DNA from: Promethearchaeota archaeon
GTDB taxonomy: Archaea > Asgardarchaeota > Lokiarchaeia > Sigyniarchaeales > SOKP01
Direction: 5' to 3'
Assembly: GCA_018238625.1 (NCBI GenBank)
Contig: JABCSY010000094.1
Span: 1-16,236, forward strand
DNA length: 16,236 nt
In this document: one piece after another, positions 8,649-16,236 of the stretch
Layout of the letters: each line of letters starts with the position of its first letter
How positions within the stretch are numbered: position 1 is the stretch's first letter
Position numbers and translations under genes: made by a program
Notes under the pieces: model-generated
The model's database searches: none
The model's input: the letters and a program-made list of their open reading frames with translations, nothing else
What the model was told of the DNA's origin: nothing

Positions 8649-10826
8649 ATGAAAAAACTCTATATTAATCCACAAGGACAAATAGTTTTAAAAGAAGTCA
8701 GAGATCCTCAATTGCAAACAAGAGGAACCATTGTAAAAACCAGTTTTGCGTTGATTAGTTCAGGTACCGAATTATCAGCAATAAAATGGAAACGATTATA
8801 TAATTCCTCTATAATTAAACAATTTATTTCGTCAAAATATTTACGTAGGAGAATGTTTGATGAATTTAAAAAGCATTCCTTAAGAGGATTGTTAAAACTA
8901 TTCAAAATTTATAAAGAAAAAAATATTTTAAAAAATTTCAAAAATCCACTTTCAGATTTTTCACCTTTGGGTTATAGTTGTTCAGGCGTAGTAGTGGAAT
9001 CTAATGAAGACATCTATAAGCCACAAGAAAGAGTAGCCTGTGCGGGATCTAGTCATGCAGAAGCGATTTTTTCGCCTAAAAATTTAACGTGTAAAATTCC
9101 AGAAAATGTATCTTTAGAAGAAGCTGCGTTTTCAACACTGGGCGCAATAGCTCTTCATGGAATTCATAGAGCAAATGTTGTAGCTGGAGAATATGTGGGA
9201 GTAATTGGAACAGGATTAATTGGGTTAATTACAATTCAACTAGCAAAAGCAAGTGGAGCTCAAGTAATTGCGTTCGATTTAATTAATAAACGATTAAATC
9301 TGGCTAGAAAGTTAGGTGCTAATTATATTTGCAATCCGAATTATCATAACAGCGTAAACCTTGTCAACAAATTCACAAACGGTAAGTTACTAGATACGAT
9401 TATAATTTGTGCTACATCTAAATCAGCTAAACCTTTAGATGATGCGGTCTCATTAATCCGAGACAAAGGAAAGATCGTAATGTTAGGTGCCTTTCCAATT
9501 AGTGTTGATAGAAATAAGATATATTATAAAGAAGCTGATCTATTGATCTCAAGATCATATGGACCTGGTAGGTATGACCCATACTATGAGTTTGAGGGTT
9601 TTGATTATCCTAAAAAGTTAGTACCTTGGACAGAACAGAGAAATATGGAATTATTTTTAAAGCTACTCTCAGAGAAAAAGATTGACGTTTCTCCATTGAT
9701 ATCTGATATCATTCCTGCTGAAAAAGCAGAAAATGCTTATAAAAAGCTAGAAGAGGACCCAACAAACAATATAGCAATACTATTGAAATTTTCTGGAGAA
9801 AAAAAGGTTAAGCTTATTGATCAATTTGAGAGCCTAGATAAACGTCAGAATAAAGAATTGACAATTGGCTTAATAGGATGTGGCAGTTTCGCTCAAGGAA
9901 CCCATTTACCCCTATTATTACCAAATAGAAATTGCAAAATAAAAGCGATAGCGACTAAATCGCAAAAGTCTGCAGATATTTGTAAGAATAAATATCGACC
10001 TGATTATGTAACGACAAATTACAAAAAAATTCTTAAAGATCCAGATATCGATACGGTTTTTATTTATACTCAACATCATACCCACGCTAGATTCACAATT
10101 GAAGCTCTTAAAGCGGGAAAAAATGTTTATGTTGAAAAGCCGATGGGAATTACTTATCAAGAATGCCTTAATGTACACGATATAGTTAAAAACACTAAAT
10201 TAAACTATTGTATTGGATTTAATCGAAGATACAGTCCACTTATATTTAATGTTAAGGAATTAATTAAAGAACGTGTGAATCCAATAATAATAAATTATCG
10301 AATTGCTAGCTCATTCATACCAGGAAGCCATTGGGTATTTGATCCGAAAACTGGGGGAGGTCCTATTATTGGTGAATTTTGTCATTTTATTGATTTAATT
10401 CTATATTTAATAAACTCAAAACCGATCGAGATATTTGCTCTCGGAGGGGCAATGAGTCATAAAAATACAGATGTATACGATAGTTGTGTCGTTATGATAA
10501 GATTTCAAAATGGATCCATAGCTAACTTAATATATACGGATTTAAATGGTCCAAACATGCCCAAAGAGCGTATCGAAATATATTCTGGAGATTCAGCAAT
10601 AATAATTGAAGATTTTAAAAAAATGAAAACCTCTGGTTTTGGTTTTGGAAACATTCTATTAGACAAACAAGATAAAGGACACCAAAACGAGTTAAGCGCT
10701 GTAATTTTAGCTAATTTAGGATTAACAAAAGCTCTGGTTACTGAAGATGATGCTTTACAAGCAATGGAATTAGTGTTTAAAACAATTGAAAGTATAAAAA
10801 CCAATAAACCAATAAAATTGAATTAA
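8649..10826 (+). CDS. Bi-domain oxidoreductase (MDR/Zn-ADH-like plus Gfo/Idh/MocA), WeeE-like
   Basis: ISSGTE, PLGYSCSG, GVIGTGLIG, SRSYGPGRYDP.YE..G.DYP...V.WTEQRNM. Second domain has GLIGCGSFA, VYVEKP, GFNRRYSP, GEFCHFID, DKGH. Confidence 0.92.
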   Translation: MKKLYINPQGQIVLKEVRDPQLQTRGTIVKTSFALISSGTELSAIKWKRLYNSSIIKQFISSKYLRRRMFDEFKKHSLRGLLKLFKIYKEKNILKNFKNPLSDFSPLGYSCSGVVVESNEDIYKPQERVACAGSSHAEAIFSPKNLTCKIPENVSLEEAAFSTLGAIALHGIHRANVVAGEYVGVIGTGLIGLITIQLAKASGAQVIAFDLINKRLNLARKLGANYICNPNYHNSVNLVNKFTNGKLLDTIIICATSKSAKPLDDAVSLIRDKGKIVMLGAFPISVDRNKIYYKEADLLISRSYGPGRYDPYYEFEGFDYPKKLVPWTEQRNMELFLKLLSEKKIDVSPLISDIIPAEKAENAYKKLEEDPTNNIAILLKFSGEKKVKLIDQFESLDKRQNKELTIGLIGCGSFAQGTHLPLLLPNRNCKIKAIATKSQKSADICKNKYRPDYVTTNYKKILKDPDIDTVFIYTQHHTHARFTIEALKAGKNVYVEKPMGITYQECLNVHDIVKNTKLNYCIGFNRRYSPLIFNVKELIKERVNPIIINYRIASSFIPGSHWVFDPKTGGGPIIGEFCHFIDLILYLINSKPIEIFALGGAMSHKNTDVYDSCVVMIRFQNGSIANLIYTDLNGPNMPKERIEIYSGDSAIIIEDFKKMKTSGFGFGNILLDKQDKGHQNELSAVILANLGLTKALVTEDDALQAMELVFKTIESIKTNKPIKLN

Positions 10827-10843
10827 GATTACTTAGGTTACTT

Positions 10844-11626
10844 ATGACAACTTCAATATTAGATCCGGTTAAAATCTCAAACAAATATGCGATATTCTCA
10901 AATCAACCGGACGATCTTTTGTTTAATAAAGATTTTTTAAATAAGCCAATATTTTGCGCGGGTATCTTAAGAGAAATAGGGAGCGAAGTATATAATTATA
11001 AGATTGGAGATTTTTTAGGGTATTTTTCTCCCAATCAAGAGCTAGAGTTAGAAATATCGTCAAATTTAACGGTGAAAATTCCAAACGAAGACAACCATAG
11101 ATTAATATTCGTTTTACCTTATGCGCTACACGCAATGAATATTATGCGTAGGGTTGGTCCGAAATTAGGTGAAACGGTATTGTTAATTGGAGAAAACTTC
11201 TTTATTACTCTTTTAGAGAAATTATTTGCCTTTTCAGGGGCAGAAGTATTTGTATCATCTAAAAAAGCCTATGAACTGATACCTTCAACGGTAGATATAG
11301 CTCTAATTTCACCCGGAGCGACTGAAAATGCAAATTTTCTAAATGGATGTAAAATTGAAAGAAAATACGAGCTTACTCAATTTAATATTTATGACGAGGG
11401 ATTAGAAGATCCAAATTATATTAGGGGGATTAAATATCCTTATTCATATGTAAGATGGCAATACAAAACGAATTTGTATTATTTTATTGATCTTATTGTT
11501 AAAAATAGAATAAATCTTGATTTTTTTAAATTTACGGAGAAACAATTTAGTAACATCGACGAATTAAGCGAATGTATTGGTTCCTTAAAGGAAAATTCGT
11601 CAATATTGTTTAAATTACAGAATTAA
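10844..11626 (+). CDS. Degenerate MDR-fold protein paralogous to the N-domain of the upstream oxidoreductase
   Basis: PIFCAGILREIG vs PLGYSCSGVVVES; ALHAMNIMRR..PKLGETVLLIG vs ALHGIHRANVVAGEYVGVIG; DPNYIRGIKYPYSYVRWQYKTNLYYFIDLI vs DPYYEFEGFDYPKKLVPWTEQRNMELFLKLL. Confidence 0.7.
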   Translation: MTTSILDPVKISNKYAIFSNQPDDLLFNKDFLNKPIFCAGILREIGSEVYNYKIGDFLGYFSPNQELELEISSNLTVKIPNEDNHRLIFVLPYALHAMNIMRRVGPKLGETVLLIGENFFITLLEKLFAFSGAEVFVSSKKAYELIPSTVDIALISPGATENANFLNGCKIERKYELTQFNIYDEGLEDPNYIRGIKYPYSYVRWQYKTNLYYFIDLIVKNRINLDFFKFTEKQFSNIDELSECIGSLKENSSILFKLQN

Positions 11627-11635
11627 TCGCTAATA

Positions 11636-13069
11636 TCATATGGAAAGCTTTTGTTCGACCCAAATAAATTTTCCTCTGCTTGTTCTTTTAATGTCATCAA
11701 CAAATTCAATTTTAATATTAATATCTTTACCCATTTTTGAATATAAGGTTTTCAATATGGAATCTTTATCGAGATTTGTGAATGCATCCCGTTTAACAAT
11801 TTTTAAAATTGTTTCTCCTCTCTCCTCTTGGAAAAATTGAAACTTTTCCATGTTTTTAAAAACCATACCATGTAATGCTCCGATAACTCCCGTTAAAGAC
11901 ATCTTAATGCCTGTTCTATCCACAAGAAATTCCTGTATCCTACCTTGAATTGACTTTATTGTTGAAAAAGATCTTCCGCACTTACAAGATTTACCTGAAT
12001 ATTCAATAATATCCTCTGTATCGTACCTAATAAAGGGGAAAATATAGTTAGTTAAACTTGTTGCGTATAATTTTCCAATATCTCCCATATTTTTTGCCAC
12101 TTTTCCATGCTGATTTATTATTTCTGAAACGCCATATTCTGGAACGATATGATACAGGTCTGCTTGCTCACATTGATGAAATAGGGCACAAAGTTCTGCG
12201 TTTCCATAATGATCAAATACTCGAGAGTTAAATTGTGATTCCATTAAGCTTCTTTGATAAGGATACGAGTTTTCTGAACCAGTATGAGTAAGTTTTATGT
12301 TATCTAAGGTTTCTTCATTTTTCTCAAGGTATTTTGCCAAAGCATATAAATTTGATGGGAATCCAAATAAGATTGAATTTGGTCTACTTCTTATTAATTT
12401 TACATATCTTTTAAGATAAAAATCGTTCAAGTGGAAAGATGATAACACTAAAATTCGATACGGAATGTAATATTTAGACCATGAAACTTTTTCGTCAAAT
12501 CTATTAAGATTAGTTACTATTCCAGTCAAATAAATATATTCGTCAGAATACTTGACCCCTATCGTATTTCTATATCTCCAATGGAAAGCTTGTTCTATGG
12601 CTTTAGATTTCCCCTTTTCGTGATAGAAAACCGTAGGCACGCCTGTCGATCCACTCGTAGCAGTTAGCTTGAATTTTGATTCCGAATAATTTTGAGCTTT
12701 CAGCTTATCTAAATTATTTTTTATGATGTTTTTTGTTAGAGGAGGTATCAGTGATAATTTATCAAAATCATCAATATCAGCAGGTTTAATCCCTTCTCTT
12801 TTGAATAACGAACGATAGTAAGGAACATTTTTGCACGCATGATTTAATAGTTTAGATAAATTTTCAAGTTGATATTCTTCTATTTCGCTCTTGCTCCACC
12901 ATTGACTTTCATCTAAGAATTTTTTCCAATTACGAAATATCTGACCCTCTCTAATTGGAAGGGGTACTATTCTATAACCGTGCTCTACAAATCTTCTCAA
13001 TGATTGTGGAAACTTTTCAACAGATTTAAGACTTCTTTGTTCTAAATCGGTTAATGATCTTGAAAACAT
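11636..13069 (-). CDS. Phenylacetate-CoA ligase family adenylate-forming enzyme, CapK-like
   Basis: NVPYYR, P-loop TATSGSTGVP, GFPS, DHYGNAE, PFIRYDTED, IQGR, SRGK. ATG at 13069, alternative TTG at 13072. Confidence 0.88.
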   Translation of the reverse strand: MFSRSLTDLEQRSLKSVEKFPQSLRRFVEHGYRIVPLPIREGQIFRNWKKFLDESQWWSKSEIEEYQLENLSKLLNHACKNVPYYRSLFKREGIKPADIDDFDKLSLIPPLTKNIIKNNLDKLKAQNYSESKFKLTATSGSTGVPTVFYHEKGKSKAIEQAFHWRYRNTIGVKYSDEYIYLTGIVTNLNRFDEKVSWSKYYIPYRILVLSSFHLNDFYLKRYVKLIRSRPNSILFGFPSNLYALAKYLEKNEETLDNIKLTHTGSENSYPYQRSLMESQFNSRVFDHYGNAELCALFHQCEQADLYHIVPEYGVSEIINQHGKVAKNMGDIGKLYATSLTNYIFPFIRYDTEDIIEYSGKSCKCGRSFSTIKSIQGRIQEFLVDRTGIKMSLTGVIGALHGMVFKNMEKFQFFQEERGETILKIVKRDAFTNLDKDSILKTLYSKMGKDINIKIEFVDDIKRTSRGKFIWVEQKLSI

Positions 13070-13209
13070 CAATTTAAATTAATATGACAAGAATTAAATA
13101 ATTTTTTTTGTTATTTATAACCACATTTAGAAGAAAATTCATTTAGAAAATTTCATTATATCTATAAGTTGTATAAATTTTTTAATTTCTGTTGTGAGAG
13201 GATAAAAAG

Positions 13210-13920
13210 ATGAGAGCTATCATACTCGCTGGGGGTAAGGGTACTAGATTAAAACCATATACTTATTCTTTACCAAAACCTTTAATGCCAATTGGAGGAG
13301 AAATGCCAATATTAGAAATAATTTTAAAGCAATTAAAAAGAAATGGTTTTAACCATATCACAATAGCAGTAAATTATATGGCAAAGATCATAAAGGCTTT
13401 CTTTGACGATGGGAGTGAATGGGACCTGAAGATTGATTATTCAGTGGAAAGGATCCCATTAAATACAATAGGTCCCTTAACACTAATAGAAAATTTACCA
13501 GATAATTTTTTAGTTATGAACGGTGATATTTTAACAGATTTGGATTACTCGAAATTTTTTAAGTGGCATGTTGATAATAAAAATGATATTTCAGTTACTA
13601 CTTTTAAAAGAGAATCCATAATCGATTTTGGAGTTCTTAAATATAATGAAAATCAAGAAATCTTCGAGTTTATAGAAAAACCAAAATACTATTTTGATGT
13701 AAGCATGGGCATATATGCTTTAAACAAAAAAGTTATTGATGCTTTACCTAAAAATAAGGCGTATGGGTTTGATCAGCTAATGATTGACGGGATTAAAAAG
13801 AAGTACAAGATTAAGGGATATCCTCATGATTCATATTGGTTAGATATCGGACGAAATGACGATTATCAAGTTGCAAATGAAGATTACATTAAAAATAAGA
13901 AGAAATTCCTAAGGTTATAA
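13210..13920 (+). CDS. Sugar-phosphate nucleotidyltransferase (mannose-1-phosphate guanylyltransferase-like)
   Basis: AIILAGGKGTRLKPYT..LPKPLMPIG, FLVMNGDILTD, FIEKP, YWLDIGR. GAGAGG lies just upstream of the start. Confidence 0.92.
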   Translation: MRAIILAGGKGTRLKPYTYSLPKPLMPIGGEMPILEIILKQLKRNGFNHITIAVNYMAKIIKAFFDDGSEWDLKIDYSVERIPLNTIGPLTLIENLPDNFLVMNGDILTDLDYSKFFKWHVDNKNDISVTTFKRESIIDFGVLKYNENQEIFEFIEKPKYYFDVSMGIYALNKKVIDALPKNKAYGFDQLMIDGIKKKYKIKGYPHDSYWLDIGRNDDYQVANEDYIKNKKKFLRL

Positions 13921-13968
13921 AGTCTTGTATAGATAACTGATAACCGAAAAAGACCTGAAAAAAGCGAA

Positions 13969-14245
13969 ATTAGTCGTATTTATAATTATACAGTTGGTCC
14001 AACGGAAAGAGTTAAGGTTTGGTCTAGCGGTTATGTATTAGAGTTAGGGATTTATTATAGTTCTATTTTTGCTAAAAAAATAGGATTTAGATTGCAGAGG
14101 AAGCAGGATAATTTTAGGGAGTTAGATGAGGAGTACAGTTGTTTAAGTTCGTATGTACCTAAGATAGGGAAGATATTAAAAGCAAATATGAAAGAGGTTG
14201 GATTAAGGTACAAGGATATTAAAAGTGGATTGAATAAAGGTTTTT
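13969..14245 (+). other. Internal fragment of an intein-type LAGLIDADG homing endonuclease
   Basis: Frame open 13933-14277: ISRIYNYTVGPTERVKVWSSGYVLELGIYYSSIFAKKIGFRLQRKQ. F..KIGF...RK is typical of the end of intein endonuclease domains. No start context and no splicing motifs. Confidence 0.6.
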
Positions 14246-15326
14246 TTTCTAAGAGATCAGGGTTCGCTCTTATATAATTTTGTAATCCCTCAGCCCTATT
14301 ATGTGCATCAGGATCGCTAATTTCATATAAGAAAAACAGTCCTTCCTCGAGAGTCTTTATTAAATTGTGATTCTTTATAATCATTAATTTATTTGTATAC
14401 CTTTCGAATCTTGCTATATATTCTTTAAAACCATAATTATTTGTTGGAGGGTTAGTTCTTAGCAAGTTAACTTCCTCCTCAACAATTTCTCGCATTAAAG
14501 GCCTAATCTCTTCTAAAGCCCTTTTGCTTTCCTCATCTTTGAAATGTAAATAAAAGCGATTTAACGAATCGAGACAATTATTACCTCTATAACCCCCTAA
14601 TTTTAATACTGCCAATGTATTGTTTTCAAGCTTTTGCTTTATTTCTTTAAACTTATATAAATGTTTTTCAAGAACATTCGTCTTTGCTTCAACTTCTCTT
14701 AATCGCTCGTATAACATCCCAATATAAACGATCTTCTCCTTCAAATCGCTGTATTTGGTTTTTATAAAAACGATATCAAGGTTATCTTTATCTACCTTTT
14801 CTAATTTTGCTTTAATTTTTACCTTTAATCCATAGAAATTTTTTAGAATACTGCTATATGATTCTTTATCCTCTTTTGTATCAAAAACGTCTAAAAACAG
14901 GTCTGTAATTTTATCATATCTCTTATCTTCTTTCTCAACTTTAGCTTTTTCATTAGTAATAGCATCTAAAAAATTGTTGAAAAACTTTCCTTGCCCTTGA
15001 AGTATGCTAAATTGGTTCTTTATTTTATTAAAGTAATTTTTGAGTTTAGTTTGATCTCCCTGCTCTCTCAATTTTTTTAATTCTCTTGCAATATTTTCAA
15101 TTCCAATGTTTTGCAATTTAACGATGAACTCTTCCGCATTTTTTTTCTTGGAACTAAATCCGTCAATAGATATTAATGATGTCTCGATATCAATTGAAGA
15201 ATCATCGTAATCTTCTAAGGAACCCCTTATAATTTTACTCTCATCGATTAAAAATTCGTAATTGCTTACATCCTCGTATAATTGATTTAAAGCCCCCTTG
15301 TCATTTACTGATTCTTCGTAATTATC
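14246..15326 (-). other. Internal fragment of an unidentified K/E-rich helical protein (middle of the chimeric 530-aa ORF)
   Basis: About 360 open codons with protein-like composition and no recognisable motif. It does not resemble the rest of FtsX. Confidence 0.5.
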
Positions 15327-15647
15327 TAAAAAATCAATAAAATCTTCACCAAGGTCTTTTGTTAGTTCTTCGGCGGCTTTTTCTTTAGTAATATATTCGG
15401 TTGATTTCACGTAATCAGAGGCGTCAAGGGTTTTTTGAAGCTGAATAATACCGGCTTCTTTAACATTTTCTTTCATAATTATTGAAAACCCGATATTTTC
15501 CTTTACATAATCCGAAAGTTTTTTTGCATGCAAAATTATTAATCCCAGCATACCTAACATAAAAAGAACCAGTGTAATACTGACAACTGTAGTTATATAA
15601 GAACTTTTAAGGCGTCTTTTACTATATTTATCTTCTGCTTTAGACAT
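15327..15647 (-). other. ftsX: 5' fragment (107 aa) of cell division protein FtsX, Bacteroidota-like
   Basis: KRRLKSSYITTVVSITLVLFMLGMLGLIILHAKKLSDYVKENI...YITKEKAAEELTKDLGEDFIDFL. It breaks off where the conserved G.NPL motif should follow, and the three C-terminal TM helices are absent. Confidence 0.85.
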
Positions 15648-15695
15648 GAAATTATTTTGATTGCTGCTAAATTAATAAAATTAACGAAACTGAAA

Positions 15696-15960
15696 TTAAA
15701 GTATTATGTCTGCTTCTCCTTTTCGTAATGTAAAAATTGTGATTTCACCCTGGCAGTAAAATCTTAGCGGAATACCCGAAACACCACATCCGCAACTTGT
15801 ATATCCGGTTATAGAATTGTGTTTCCATAAACCTTTATAAAATTTTCTTCCTTCAAACTGGTGTGTAATTATGGGAATTCCGCCAGGCAGGCATATCTGC
15901 CCGCCATGAGTATGACCGCATAAATATAAATTGTATCCATTTTCAGCAGCAACATCATAC
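15696..15960 (-). other. 3' fragment of a YkuE/YaeI-like metallophosphoesterase
   Basis: LYLCGHTHGGQICLPG, GYTSCGCGVSGIPLRFYCQGEITIFTL. The N-terminal DxH, GD and GNHD motifs are missing. Confidence 0.85.
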
Positions 15961-16094
15961 TCTTTGAGGCTTTTATACATTAAAGCTGATTTAATCAAAG
16001 ATGATGTTGCAAAAGTGCTTTTGGGATAGAAAACCTGAACCTGGCGATAAGCTTTTGCTGCCGATGTAATTTCATTATTCTTTTCAAAGCATTC
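15950..16094 (-). other. Short tetratricopeptide-repeat-like fragment
   Basis: Upstream in-frame extension of the 100-aa ORF reads [47 protein letters not shown], matching the A..AY..V...YP.S..A pattern of CpoB/BamD-type TPRs. Confidence 0.55.
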
Positions 16095-16236
16095 ATTAAT
16101 ATCATTGAACTAACTTGTTGCCTACCGACACGTTTTCTTCTGCCCATATAATTACGTAAAATCATTAAAGAACGACCTGCACAATGTCTAAATCTACGTT
16201 TAAGTACTTCGGATTTGTCAATTGCGAGTTCCATAA
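16075..16236 (-). other. lhr: Internal fragment of archaeal Lhr-type ATP-dependent helicase (C-terminal domain)
   Basis: [50 protein letters not shown] matches the archaeal Lhr motif KRRFRH.A.R..MILRNY.G....V.RQQ. Similarity ends abruptly after KRI. Confidence 0.8.

Noticed and set aside
8780-8950. Basic amphipathic insert in the oxidoreductase N-domain as a novel element
   Set aside because: A basic helical insert at this position is usual in bi-domain oxidoreductases. Here it only appears somewhat long.
3067-11840. Short antisense ORFs at 3067-3276, 3152-3391, 4627-4830, 5135-5536, 8708-8905, 9918-10178, 10505-10804, 10923-11135 and 11640-11840
   Set aside because: All overlap well-supported long genes on the opposite strand and show no motifs.
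14055-15647. 530-aa ORF as a novel FtsX-coiled-coil fusion
   Set aside because: It breaks mid-domain just before the conserved NPL motif, lacks the FtsX C-terminal TMs, ends in antisense of an endonuclease fragment, and sits among several other junctions. It is better explained as a chimera that happens to be in frame.
15696-16234. The 100-aa and 79-aa ORFs as complete small genes or a programmed frameshift
   Set aside because: Each is a composite (TPR plus metallophosphoesterase; Lhr plus out-of-frame TPR), and the pieces belong to unrelated families.

Overview
AT-rich window with two distinct parts. Positions 1 to about 13930 form a coherent surface-glycan locus, probably archaeal and possibly Lokiarchaeia/Asgard-like (an inference from gene style, not proven). 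It opens with a phosphonate module missing from the ORF track: a minus-strand PEP mutase (PepM, EDKKFPKRNS motif) fused to a C-terminal nucleotidyltransferase domain, running off the left edge and lying directly downstream of a TagF-type phosphotransferase. Next come a divergent two-TM repeat protein with 13 N-glycosylation sequons, a GT4 / heparinase II-III / bi-domain oxidoreductase trio, a degenerate MDR paralogue, a CapK-like adenylating enzyme and a sugar-phosphate nucleotidyltransferase. Together these suggest a phosphonate-decorated cell-surface glycan. Positions about 13930 to 16236 are a mosaic of unrelated gene fragments (intein-type LAGLIDADG, unknown helical protein, Bacteroidota-like ftsX 5' end, metallophosphoesterase 3' end, TPR, archaeal Lhr helicase), most likely a chimeric assembly end.
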